From Antedon mediterranea (taxonomy: Eukaryota > Animalia > Echinodermata): 64,000 nt of DNA. Made by a program: the position numbers and the translations under genes. Below the pieces are notes generated by a model. That model made no database searches, had not been told where the DNA came from, and saw only the letters and a program-made list of their open reading frames with translations. Each line of letters starts with the position of its first letter. The stretch's first letter is position 1. Below are positions 25,801-40,800 of this stretch, piece after piece. Location of the stretch: positions 31,422,388 to 31,486,387 of the forward strand of contig NC_092670.1 of the NCBI RefSeq assembly GCF_964355755.1, read 5' to 3'.

Positions 25801-28800
25801 TCTTTTCTCATCGTTATCGTTTGAAATTAATTCTCAGTATCACTGGACGTTTAGAATTTATTCTGTGCCTTTGATGTTTATATTATATATTTATTTTTTT
25901 GCAGACTTGATGACTTAGTTGTTGGCGCTCCACTTCATTACAACCGTAAAGAACAGATCGGGGGCAGAATATACATCTACATAAATGACGGAGAAGTAAG
26001 TCACACAACTTATTATAATGTTATCATCAATCTTGTTTAAAAAAAAACTGGGCTGACACTCGTAAATAAGGAAGCAAAAAAATAGATAATTAAATCTTCC
26101 CTAAGGCATCAGTCAACATCACATAGTTCAACTCCTATTAATCTTAAAAGCGAAAAAGAAGACGGGAAATGATTTTTCCCCAAGGCAGTCTTCCGTCATG
26201 CACGGTGCGTAGGCTCAATTTAAACCGATTTATATTATGTTCTCCACTGGCCGCAAGGGTGAGTCATATTGGTGTGTTGTTATCGGTAAGATTCAATTAT
26301 TTCATAAATGGTTTATTTCATAATATTGAATAACAAGAACATAAATCATAAATCTCATTTATGATGAAATATTTACTAGAAAAAACATTTTTTTAATGGA
26401 AGCCAAAACAATAAAATATATCAAAAAGTTACCACCTAAATCACCTAAGATGAGTCTCTAAATTTAAATAAAACATTTACAATTTTTTATAAACAAAATC
26501 ATTCCTTGGTAAGCAAACATCAAATTATACTAATGAAAATAAAATAATAAAATTTAAATTTAAAAAAAAAACCTTATTTACTAAAAAAAAATATAGAAGA
26601 CAGACAGTCAATAAAAGACATCTTTATATCTAATAATTATTGGTGTTTATTTGTGCAAATTCCAAAAAAATATGTTTAACATAACACACAATTGATATAA
26701 AGATTATCAATAAAATACTTAAAAGTTGAAATTACCAATTACAATATTAAATTTGAACTAATAAAAGAAAAAAAAAAAAAAAAATTCAAATATAAACAGA
26801 AAATGTAAAAATGTATTTTTAAAAGATATTTAAAACAGTCGAGGCTCTTGCCATTCCTAATAAAAGACCATGTTTAGGAGCAGCACATTCAAAAGGTAAA
26901 CTATATATTATACTAATAATATAAATAGAACCATAACTTTAACAAGGCCATATAGATGGCTGCAGTCGCGTGCTTAGTGTTTACCGACCGACCAACCAAC
27001 CTACTAACTGACCGAAATTACTGAACATGTTTAAAAATGTTGAAATGTTTAAACATCACTTTTGACGTGCTCGTATAACGTAATTTCGAGTTGAAAAGTA
27101 AGTCAAGAAAACAGAAATCGGGCAAAAAGAGTGCGCAATAACATTTAACGCGCAGTGCGCGCGCAAAAATCTGTGCACTCATGGCAATTTTGTAAACGCT
27201 TAAAATTGGCTGAAACGTACTCTTATTTCATCGAAAATAAATTTAAAAAATGTTAAGCGCGCGCACGCATGCGTTACATGCGCTACGCACGTAATTGTAT
27301 TGCCATATGATGATTTATGCCCTGAAATTTATGAGTACCAAATTTTATTTAATTGTGATATGATTACAAACGTGATTTCGTTAAATCGTGCGTAGACCTC
27401 GTAATTTTTTATTGCGCACCGTGAAAACATAACCACATCGATTCCTGGCCATAAGGAATATACTGTGAAAAATTGACTTAGCTAGATTAAACTGATATCA
27501 AGATAAGGTCAGAAAGCGATAAAACGCATAGTGATACCGGACCGACAGACCGACCGACCGACATAGTGAACTATAGAGTCGCTTCCACGCGACTAAAAAT
27601 AGAAATTCATTTAAGTAAACTTAGGATATAGAAAGAAAGTCAACAAAAACACCTGCGAAACCACAAATTATAGAAACAAGAGGATTCAAATTGGGAAGGG
27701 GGAGGGCTTATTAAGACCTTTGAAATTGACGACCGACCGTGCCATCCCTAGTCTCTGAATACAGACAGACAGATTACATAAATTTGGTGAATTTAAAAAC
27801 AGTATGATTAGTATGCAATATAAGTCAACCAATCAATCAATCACTTGTCAAAGTTTTTCTAAATATATATTTAGATTTATCGACTTTGGTAACATTTCAC
27901 TTAGTGCATGATAAGATACAATATTATTACATCATAATTGGAGACTTACTGCAAAATCAAGATCGAATGTTGCCATCTGCCAATCATTTAAAATGTTCCC
28001 ATGATTACATGCATCTGTTCAACATCCCCCCTTCCTCTTTTCAAATTAAACTGGACCTACTTAATATTCCATAGATTTGAACATGTGGTTTTTATATTAA
28101 GAGAAAAAAAATGTGAAATTGAAAGTTGAAGAAATAAATTATATTATTGCAAACATTTTTACAAATCGATTTCTAGATTTGACACAACTTGTGAAAGTTT
28201 TTTTTTTGTCTTGTGTAGGTTCGTCCCACTTTTATTATCATACTCTGTTATAAAAATTATATTTTTTAAACATATTTTTTCCTCTCGTTTATATCTTACA
28301 ATGTTAAAAGTAATTGTAATAAAAACGTTGCATTCATTATTTTACATTTTAAAAAAGTAATTTAAATATATAAAATAATTAACAAAATGCCTAATAAAAG
28401 ACGACAACTTGTGAAAGTTATTATATATACATCATTCAGTTGTTCACCCAAAAAGTTCAAATATGTGACATGAATTTAAAACAAAATTGACATAATTGTG
28501 TAACAGAATCCAATTGGTTCCAAGGACTTGACAAATAATCCAAACCATACTCAATACATATCCAAATAGTACCTCCATAAGAAGTATTTATAGGTGATCA
28601 CAAAATCGAAAGCCTGGTTGAGGAATTATACGCGCCTTTAATTTCTCGCTACCCTTTCTATATAGTCAATTAATGAATTGCAAGTTTGTGTTGTTCGAAC
28701 CAAATAGAATTATGTAAACAAAATTCAAAAATGTGATGTTCACATTTGACATTTAGATGATGAGTCCAGTTGCCCTTTATACACACACACTTTTGACAAT

Positions 28801-31800
28801 TACAAAGATTTCAGTTTGAAGAAACTAAAACAATTATTTCTATTTTGTTTTTAATGTTGCGTATCTCTAAAATCTGATAGTTAATTTTTTTTTATTTGGC
28901 CTAAATTCCTGCGCACAGATCCAGATTCTTTTGTTGAGATGTCACAATCTGATGTAGACTGGAAGGGAGGACAAATCTTTAATCATCAATTCAATACTGA
29001 ATGGTTTTTAAAAATATTCTCCTCCCCCTGTTACAGAATGTTGTTCAATGTCCATACATAAACTCAAATGACTGTTTGGCCTTTCGCTGACATTTTAATA
29101 CGTTAGTGATCTTCTAGCCGTGTGTACGCGAAGGGAAGTCCGAGACATTGAAACATGTTCACTTAACCCTTGACTTTATCACTTAAGTGTGGACATTAAG
29201 TATATACTTATATAGTCGTTCGTCTGTTGATATCAATTCAGACTCTCATACGTTTTAATCCTCTGTTAGTTTGTTCTAAAATAAGATGAATGGCCGATGT
29301 TGTGTTGAGTTACATGTTCTGTGTAGGCATACATATTTGATGGTCCAGTATCAATCATTATTAGTACAGTTAGTTAATTGCAATAACACAGATCCTGTGT
29401 ATAATACGGTCGGATTGTGTAGTCGACAGAACCGAAAGATTGATTTTGCTAAAAGCATCCGAATATTAAATATGTCTACAGAAGATTTGCCCGTAGGTAA
29501 CATTAAGTGCATAAGATAGACATGAATCTAATAGAATAGAAGATGCTTTGCAGATAGATGTCACCATCATGTATCAGCAGATATTTCAGTTATTCATGGA
29601 CATCAAGATTTAAATTGTGGTGCTATGAGGTGTCAAATGCCCTGACTGGTGATCCAAATGCAAAAAAAAAATAAAAAATTTTTGTTCTCCTTCAGTAGAT
29701 TGATAAACCAAAAGTATTACGTTGTAGACTTATAAATGTACCTAGAATTTTTTAATTTTCAAAAACATAGAAAATGTTCCCAGGCCCCAATCCTCCCCTG
29801 CTGTTGACAAAGATCGATCATCATTGTTCATCCACTCAGCATCACGCCCTCAATGATTTGTGGTCATTGAGCATTTCTACTTCTTGTTGCCAACATCATT
29901 AGTGTGTTTCTAATTCTGATTTCAATATTATACCTTTACAAAATAATAAATGCTACTCATGTGTCTAATATTTCAACAGCCTTGGAATGTATAATTCACA
30001 ACAAAGTTTCATCTATGTGGTATAGAAAACATAAGTCACTGCCTTCATAAATATTTTGATTAGTTTACATGATAAGGTAGCATTTCTATTGAACTGGAAA
30101 GGATTCTGAACAATGTTGTGTCAGACTCTAGTAATACTATTATGGTACTTTATATTTATATAGTATTTTTGTAAAGTTCAGCTACTACTGTATATTGGTT
30201 GCCATATTTGGAGGAAACTAGTACATTTCAACTGCTAATGTAGAAAACGCCAGCTAATGTTGAAACAACCGTTAATGTAAAACAATCCACTGCTAATGTA
30301 GTAAAACCTCCAGCTAATTTAGAAACAATAACAGCTTATGTAATAAATCTTCGAGAATTTAGTAAATTATTTAATATGTTGAATTTCATGCAATGAAGGT
30401 ACATATTATTTGGTCATATGTTTGCCCTATTCTGATATAATTACACTTTAAACAATAGCACAAAAATATGAATCTGGTGCGACTCGTACCCACAAGCGTC
30501 AGATCATACCTTTAGACCACCAACAGACTGACAATTGAATACTTACTACAGTATGAATTAGCTTACAGTAGCATAAAATTACAATTACATAACATCTCAA
30601 CAATTAACATAGTTTACATTATCAAAGATTATAAAATCAAAATTTGGCTTCAATAAAATCAAGTTTATTCACACATAGTTATTTTATTTGTTTAATCCAC
30701 CTCCTGCCTCCCCTGACCCCCTCCCCCACCACCCCAGAAAATCATTTAAAGCTATTTATATCAAAAACACAGCAAACATATAACAGAGCCTTCCTTTTTA
30801 GGGTATACGGTAATTGTTAAGGATCTTTACCACAATAATGTTATGAAATGCAAGAGTTCTGTTTTGATAGCTACATTATATGAAATAAGATATTTTTTAT
30901 GACAATACTATCTCATACAATAAAACTAGCAGTTTTTCTTACAACAGAACATCAACATTCACTTCAAAAACTTTAAATGAAATTCAAATCAGTTTAATTT
31001 AGATTTATTTACCAATTTAAAGTAATATAAGCATAGTAAAATATAGTAACGAATGTCACAGACAATTACCGCAGCTATTTGAGATAATTAAAAAATATTC
31101 TGGGAGATATTAAGTAAAATATTCTGCTTAACTGTAACAGGGATTTGAAGTACAGTACTCTCAAAATAGAAAATCTTTATTGCAACTCATATATCATATA
31201 GTTAGTAATACTTGGTAATAGAGATGAAAAGATATTAAATATAGATAAACAAATTTCCACAAACTTTTGACAATATTTTCAGTTTTCTGTAATATTTAAA
31301 ATTGTTTTTTTTTACAAAGCCAGCCTACAAAACTAATACTGTAGTTAAAACATACCGCTTTTAAAATTCAAATCATTTTTTTTATCTTTTGGTAGATCTT
31401 TACTGTCTTTATATATATATATTTTTTTGTATGATATTCAAATCATATACAGTAAACTTATTTACTTATGTATTTGTTTCTTTATTCAATTGTGTACAAT
31501 ATCCATTCATTCACTTTATGCTTCTTTCAGTAATTCTTTTTGTTCATCTATCAATGAGTAGTATATACAAGTATTATCTCAAAACTTTTGCAAATATATG
31601 GTATGGGATTATCCCTATATTGTATTAAAAACAAATTTACCAAAGTTTTGTTTCTGAATGTAGCCTAACTTTAGGGGATAGGATTATTCTCAGACATGGA
31701 ACTAATCTCAGTGATAATTAATATCCTCTTTTAATGTATTCATTCAAAACAGATTGTCATTGATTTAAGCACTAAGCTCTGTCTACACTATCAAACTTTA

Positions 31801-34800
31801 TGCCCATATATAGACGTGAAGATAGAGTATCACTACCATATTTGGATATATCACTACCATATTTGGGTATATCACTACCATATTTGTGCACGTATCACAG
31901 TTTTTTTGTTAAACTAACTTGATAGTGCAGAGAGATCTTCAGGCAGCCAGTCAGAACCAACATTGACAGTAATTTATAAAAAAGGAAAGTTAATCTGTCC
32001 CATGGGATTATTCTAGAGCATGAGATTATACACAGTGATAATATATAGCATTCATAATGTCCTCTTTTAGTTTATTCTTTAAATTTACTAAAAATTGTCA
32101 TTGATTTAAACTCCCTTAGACAGTCAAAACCAACATTTACAGTCTTTTTTTAAAAAGAGAAAGTTAATCCCACCTATTAACTGATTTCACCAACAGGGTT
32201 TGTTAGGTGGTGCAAACAACAAGTATCAGGAAGCTATTAATGGACCATTGGATTCTATGTATGGCATCTCCATAGCGAACCTTGGGGATTTAAACTATGA
32301 TACATTTCAAGGTAAAGAGTATGTTATGCATTTAAATCATGTTTTTACCATAATATTGTTTATAGATTGAACAGAAAAAAAATATTTGTATCAGTTTATT
32401 GTAACTATATTCTGAACCAGAAGAAATTCTGGGTTATGAAAAAGGCAAATAAAATAATTGTGTAGTTATGCATTTAGGATTTGATTTTTCTTTTGTGAGG
32501 TGTTAAAATTTCTTAAAAGATTTAACAATTCTTTCAAATTTGTTGAGAAAAAGGAACACGAAAATAAATAAATACATTTTTTGAAGATGCCCTACTCTAA
32601 CATGATTTGTACCTTATACTAAGTACATTGAGAGTACTTTGGTGGGACTTCCGCAAATTTGTTTTTTTTTCTGTCAGAGTAAGGCAACCATCTGACCAAT
32701 TACTCACAAGCTACTCCACAGTATTTACAAATAATTACAATCATTTAAATGATTATTATTGATAAATAAACACACCAAACATCCTTGGTCTTGCTCAAAA
32801 TGTTTCATTTTAGAGTCAGAAAAAAAAAGGAAAAAAGAAGAAAATACTTTCACCATAAGTGCCTATTTTAAATTAGTTATTATTTCAGTTTTGAATATGT
32901 TTCATGCTGACTTTTGAAATTAACTTTATTAACCTTTAGATGTTGCGGTTGGTGCACCATATGAAAATTATGGGGAAGGAGCAGTATATATTTACATGGG
33001 AAGCAAGGATGGAACTGTGGGTAATCCTGTACAGAAAATCACGCCTCAAAGTTTAAACGTAGACCTGAAGGGGGCGCCCTTCCCTAATAATACATTCGGA
33101 TATTCGTTGTCAGGAGGGATGGACATGGATAACAATTCATTTCCAGATTTGCTGATTGGTGCTTTTGAATCAAATGAAGTTATTTTATTACGGTTAGCAA
33201 ATTTCTTTTATACAACTTTTTACAGTGAGCTTTTTGACACTACTACGACTAAATAATTAGTGAAATGGTGCTTCAATCCAAACATAAACTTTTACAAGCA
33301 GATGCGTTGTTTCGTGTTGACACGAAACAAAAGATTTTCACTGAAAACAGTTCCACAATCCTTGATCATTCCACAAAAGCGCAGCATTAGTCTAGCACCA
33401 AAAAGCATAAAATAAACACAATATAGCATTTATATCTTTAGCTAATTTTGCACTCAACAAAAGGACCTATACTGCACCTTGCTTAACTATTCTGTGTACA
33501 TACACCATATCAAGGAGCCATGAGATTTTCAACTTCTTTAAAGGTGTATTTTTTGTCAAAGGCATGATATGGTACTGCATGCAATTCAACTTTGGTTGGA
33601 TACGGAGGAGCAACTCATAACAAAATATACCGAACAATAATTTATGTCAGAATTGTACTGAATTGCACATTTTCCGTTTCATACATAATCTTACCATAAT
33701 ACTACATTATATAAAGCTTAAAAGCATTAATTAATTGATTTTTTTTTTCTATTAATTTGATCATCTTTGTGCTTCTAGGATGAGGCCGGTCATATTGCTA
33801 AAACACAAACTAAATTTAAATCCAGACACATTGGTGAGAGAAAATAGTGTTTGTAATGCACTTCAATTAGATCAACTTTGGTGAGTATATTGTAAACATT
33901 CAGATTAATAGACTCTATTTTTGAATGAATAAATGATATTATTTATAATCAAAGTTTATAAGTGCAATGGAGCAAATCATTTCATGAGATGAAAATTAGT
34001 GAAAATATAAGAAATTTTTATCTTTCACTGAATGAAATAGTTTGTTCCATTGCACGGATATAAAACATTCATTGTTTGGTTTATAACTCATCTTTTTTTT
34101 GCGAGAGGTCAAGGCTTAAACGATTTGAAACATGGAGTAGAATGATTAAAGATTTAAAATAATGAATAATTTAATCAATAAATAATATAAATTCATCAAA
34201 TTCTATCATCAGTATTGTTTTTACAACCTAATCATCTTATTGATTTATTTCATAGCAGTTTTCCCATCGTATAATTACATATCTTTTAAACCATTTCAAA
34301 TGCAATTCCATTTTAGGCCCATGGGAAATACAAAATGAAAACAAATCCAAAGTGGTCCATCATTAATTGTCTGTAAAAACATATTTCAAATGATGTTATC
34401 ACTTGCTGTTTAGCTCACTGTGGGAAGTTTGCTCACTTGCAGATTTAGCATCGTAAATTATAGTTCAACTAGAGTTTTAGACTGGTTTTTTGTATTGTAA
34501 ATTCAAATTCTATTTTATTCTACCAACAAATTTTAAACAATCGTATGTACAATATTATAATATTAATAAATGTAATTTTTGTTTTTTCGATAAGTGTTTA
34601 ATTGGTTGGCCCATGTCAAATACAAAATGAAATAAAGTGGTCTATCAATAATTGTCTTTAAAAACATATTTCAAGTGATGTTTTAACTTGCTTACTGCGT
34701 AAATTATGCTTTAGCTGTAGTTTTAAATTGAACAAAATTATGAAATTCAAATCTATATATTTCCACCAAAATACATAAATAAATAGTATGTAAAAACAAT

Positions 34801-37800
34801 AATTATACTATATAAATATATACGAATATTTTTATATTACAACATACAAATTGAGAATATTAACATTAAAGTATTAGAGACTCATGATAGGTTATCCAGT
34901 GATGTGACCACAAGAAATAAAGTGGTACCATTGTCACAAGAAAAGGGAATTATCCCTTGTGCAGGCCATAGGGTTGTCAAAGACCTCTGTGAAAAAGTGG
35001 TCGGGTTAAAACCTTACCAAACGTACTGGTGGCTAAGGACCTGTTGTCATATAATGGTAGGACACAAACCCACGACCTTTACTTTTATAACATTCCATTT
35101 TTTTTCAGCTTTACTGTTGAAGTAACATTCTGGTACGAATGTGATGGGGAGTATGATGAACCAGTCGGTGAGTAACTCTCACCCCTCTGTTAACATGTAG
35201 GGGCCTACTAATAAGAATAACAACTTTTTCAAATGCAGTATTTATTCATTCATTAAATCTTTTATAGAAAGTCAAAATTACATATAAATTAACAAAAAAA
35301 ATTGATTGTTCATTTGTTGTCTATATCCTTTACTATAGATCATGAATAGAATAAAAATCTGAATTATTCCTATTTTAATTTATACTAGCTACAACAATAA
35401 ACACTTTATGAATGTTGATATTAAATATTTTTGTAATTCAGCCAAAACCAATTTATCTTGATACAGCCTACAGTAATAATATTGAATTAAGCGGTCATTT
35501 ATTTTGGGTGAAGATATAAAATTTTAGCCGGGTTAACAGTAGATTTGAATTCAGCACCCAGAAATTACCCTAAAAAACATGTTTCGTTGCTTTTAAAATG
35601 AAATGCCTAGATCATTTCATTTTCCTCAAATTTTCATTAGTCTGTAAATCATGCTGAAGGAACATTTCTATTTATAGATATTAAATTCAGTTTACATGCA
35701 GAAAAAACAAGATTAGATCTAGGTCTTACCTCCAGAGTAAGCTTCTACAAGAAAAATGGTATAAGCACTGATAGTGATTCTATAACAAAATCTGTTCGTC
35801 TTGGAGGCCGCATGGATGTCGTAACCAAATCGTACACTCTTGTTTTTAAGGTAAGATGAAGTTCGAATAAAATTGGCCTTATAATTGATAGAATCTAGTT
35901 TAGTAATGCTTTATGTAGTTGTTGTTAAGCTCTGTCCAACCTAGTTTGATATAAAAAAGTGCAACATGCCCAAATAGGGTAGTGATATACCCAAATATGG
36001 TAGTGGTATGACATCATCATCAAATGAATTAAATGTATCCACATATGGTATAGTACATTATGATTTTTAATTCAATGTGAGTTTATTTCATTTCACGAAA
36101 TTAAAACTTATGCAGTTGAGATTTGATTTAAGTTTGGTATGACATTTCTTGTAATGTAATGTTTGCGTTGTGCAGATAACTAATTTAAAAAAAAACATTT
36201 TAATCAGAAGACAGAAAAAATAAGAAAAATCTTAAAATCTTGTACAAACTGAACACAGGAAGAGGAAACCATCCATCTAATATTGACATTTAGACCCGAC
36301 AGATAGCTAAACCTAAGGATGTAATGTCTTATGGATTTGTGTGCTAAAATTAACAACTAAACCTAAAAAGTTCAATCACATTGTCCTTCAGAGTGGATGT
36401 TAAGCTGCTGTTCCTGTGTGTCACATAAAGGACGATTAGAAATGTATTTGGTAGCCAGTCTGTCAATAGATTCTTGGTACTGTATCGTATTGAGTATCAT
36501 AGACAAATTCCAAGTATCACACATGTGTATCAACGTCAGATAACATCAGCTGTGTCATAGGAACATTGTCACATGATTCTGTATTTAACATTTTAACCTA
36601 ACCTTAAAAATAATTTCATGATTGATACATAAATTCACATATGATGTATATGTGATGCTGTTTCACACAATGTGTCTAAAACTGCACTAGTCAAATACAG
36701 TGTAACACTATGTCTATGGACCAAGAATTTGGTGGGTCTGTCTAATACTTGATAATTTGCAAGAAAAAGTACTTTTGTAAAAGCAAAAAAATTTTGTAAT
36801 AAACATAATATGATATTTGGCTTTATTTTATTAAAGGATAACTTAATTGATATTTTGAGACCGGTACCTGTGGAACTTAATGTGTGGTTGCCAGAAATTG
36901 TACCAATAATGCCAGAAGTTGGAGATCCTGTTCCATCACTCGCTTCCTTTCCAATTTTGGATATCAACACAGTCACTCATTCTATGAAGAAAGTATGTAC
37001 AATTTATATTTTTATTTATGTTATAAATTTTGAATAACAATGCTATTTGTATCAGTGGCTAAGTAAAACAGGCAGAAACATAAAGAGCTTTTAGTCAACG
37101 CTATCATCAGTGCAAGTGTATCGTTATGTAATATATTTTTTCCTTGGAAAGTGGGGGTTTTTTTTGGGTGGGCGGGGAGGGGAGGGAGGGTGTCCTATTT
37201 TTTTCTTTATGTTTTTTCTTTTGTTTTTGGTTCTTTCAATCCTTTTCATTTTGTCCCTTTTGTTTTGTTCTTTGTATTTTTTTTTTTATTAAAAGAAAAA
37301 TCTTACTTCAGTATATTTTGAGTGAAAGTTGATACTTGTTGGTATCTAACTAGATTAAATGGCCATTTAATTGAACAGTACAATTGTTTTCTAATTCCAG
37401 GCAGATTTCAAAAAGGATTGTACAAAGGATGATGGGATATGCACAGCCAATTTACAAGTAAATGCAACATTAGCTCTTCCAAGGTGTGTCTCCATTTTGT
37501 ACTTTTTATTTTCATTTTATTTTTGTTTCGGAATTTACATCTGTAGATTAACAATACAATTGATCTTGAAAATAAAATGGATATACTAACTCTTTTTTTA
37601 AATGTGTGTATCAGGGGTGATGACGGCATTTCTGTGTTCAGAGTTGGTGAGAACTTTAAAATAAACTTAGATCTACAAATCAAGAACATGTTGGAAGATG
37701 CATATGAAGCCATGGTTAAGATTTCATTTACACCTGTATTAGAATTTGACAGTGTGAGTATTATAAAATTGAGCCATTTCTTGTATGTCTTCAAAATAAA

Positions 37801-40800
37801 CTGGATTGTAAACGGTTTTTAAATTACATTTGAAACATGCTTGTAAGCATCTTTGGGAAGAAAAGATCCACAAACACTTTGGAATGATGATTCGGTGTGT
37901 TTTATCTTGGATAATAATATACTAATACAGTCAACTCTCTCAATGCCAGACACCTTTGAGTGGCCAAATATGTCTGGTTTTTCAGAAAAATCTGGTATTC
38001 AGAATGTGTTTTTAGTGGAAAAAATATTTATTCATCCTTTATTCACCAACAGCAAATATGAGCAAACAAGATAGCTTTTGCTAAATTCAAAATGAATTTA
38101 GGACTGCTTGGTATTGTGAGATTTTTCTGGTTTTCAAAGAGTTCGCTGTTGGGAGAGTTGACTGTATATACAGTAATATACTTACAGTGACGCCAATCTG
38201 ATATTACAATAACAAAAAAATTATTTTAAACATTTCAGGATTCACTGGGCATATGCAAAACAACAGAAACTGAGAGAGGATCAATAATTTGCGACATTGG
38301 AAATCCATTTGGAAAGGGTGAAGTGAGTCTGCATGATTATCTATCCTAGCATTTTTTTCTATTGGCAATCAACAATTTAGTAGAACTTAGGACACCATCA
38401 GGACCAAACAAAATTTCTCCTTAATAGGGATGTCCTTAAATTATGGATTGGCCATAGTGTTGCCCCTCATTCTTTCATGTAAATGTGTCCCATCAATAGA
38501 GGTACAGTATCCCAAAGGAAGGATACTAAATTACAACTTACCCTATTCAGACTTATTTGTCTAACATTCCTATGATCATTTGTATCATTCGATACTATGG
38601 GTCATACCATGAACATCGCTGTATTTTTGCTCTGTTGTGTCTCGTTTATTTCATTTACCTTCTCGATTACCCTAACACAATATCCCATTAATGATGATCA
38701 CGAAGTGTTTTGGAGTGAATATGGATGCAATGCCAATTGTGACAACAATTTTCACCAAACTTTGTTCAAAAACGTGAATTTTAGCAGTATTTTGTTAATT
38801 TATATTTTTTATGTGCACAACCCCAGGCAAGAACCATCCTGTGTTGAGATTGGGCCTCTGTGGATAAATAAAGTTGAACTACTTAAATTACATTTAAATA
38901 CTAATTATGAACAAACTTAGCATCAAAAAGAAACCTTTTTTAATTGATAATTAAAAACATTATTTTGTCTGATTATATTATTTTAATGAAAACATGAAAG
39001 TGTAGCTTGGCTGTATAATGAACTGAATAATATGACCTATTATGTGTATGTCTGCGGAAACAAATATTTGAAGAAGTATCTGTGGTTGCTTACAGTACAC
39101 CTGTCATTTGTTTAGACCAGACAATGGATGGGATGAAAGTTGTGAGTTTTGAGGTTATCACAGTCTAGACACTTACGCCTACGAAAATGACAGGAAAACA
39201 AAATACTGTACAGTACAGTTTGTGAATATTAGTCTAAAATAGTCATGTATTGGGAAAGAGGAATTGAGTCCCTACACTTGATAAAATAGCTGTGTTCATG
39301 TAGAAGTTGAATCCACAACCAGCCTGCAAATAACTATGCATCATATTATCAAAAACATTATCAAAAACTTCCCAGAATGCAGCATTTTGAAATTGGCATT
39401 GAGAAAATGAATATTACTGAAATTATATCAGATAGAGTAACATAAAGTACACCTATTTGAATCAATTGGGGACAATTAATATACAATGTAATATATGTTA
39501 TATTATATGTATATTATAGATATTATTTGTCTTTAAATTGTTACATGTTTCACTCATTACAGATTTCAAGACGTATTAGTTTCCTTGGCAACCAAGTACA
39601 ATTGGATCAAGCAATGTTGGTATTTAATGTGTCTGCCATGACGTAAGTTATCATTGGAATTAAGCTTTTTACTACTAAATCTGCCTTGATATGGAGTAGA
39701 TGATATATTTTAATTTATTTTGGTAGTTAGTGCAGGTTTGAAAAAAGTTCCAATTCAAAAAGGGAGGTTGCAACTCAGTTGAACACATTTCTCTTCATTT
39801 GTTTCCACCCACATGAATTACAGTTATGATATATTACTGTATATCAACAAAATTGTATTGTACAGTTTGATTTATGCAACACATTTACAAAATATTAAAT
39901 GATTTCAATTAACTGAGCGTTTGTTTTGCACCAAGGGAGAGAAAAAGCTTTCCCCTTCTTTAAAAAAAAAAATACTGTACTTGCTTTTGAGTACATATAA
40001 TTTATATGTATAGTGTATAACCCTGCTTTTTAGGTTGGCCTATCTACTTTTTATGAGTTTTTTATTTAGCTTCTGTTAAATACACCACAAATCAAAATCA
40101 AAATCAATCAAATCAAAATAAACATTTATTTCCTACAATTGCAGTAAAGATAGAAGCATAATCTATAACAACAACAAAACGTAATAATAAGGTTTAAAAA
40201 GCCAAAAACAGAACAAGTGACAAAAAAATGTAAAATTATGTATCTCATTACGTTCATTAGAGAATCATTAAAAGGATGCCATAAAGAGAGAATTAGAAAG
40301 GCCCTAATTGTGTGTTTCTCCCACCCGTTGTCAAAGACTTAAAATCTGTCCTTTTAAAGTGACACCAACTTTATTAAGATTAATATTGATTAACACACAT
40401 TGTGTGTTTACTTATCTTTCAGTACTAGTAATGAGACAATGCCGGCAGACAACTTTCAGATGTTGGTGGCACGAGTTGAAAGCCTAACAGATGTGGTTCT
40501 GTCAGCGTAAGTTCATGTAATTTTTAACATGCAACAATTACATCATCTAGAATATTTAATTTGGTATATGATTATAAAATGTTATTGTTATCAGCAAATA
40601 ATTGTTATATTAGAGTGCAATACAGTATGTGAACAAGTGTATTCCCAAGGGGCATAGATATTAAATTTAGGATTGGGGATGGGATTATGGATTGCAATTG
40701 ACATTGGATTGAACTTTTTGTGTCTTTTAAGCCTAGAGCATATGATTATTTTCATTTTTTCCCTCAACAGAAAAAACAATGTTCCACAATACCAAGTTGG

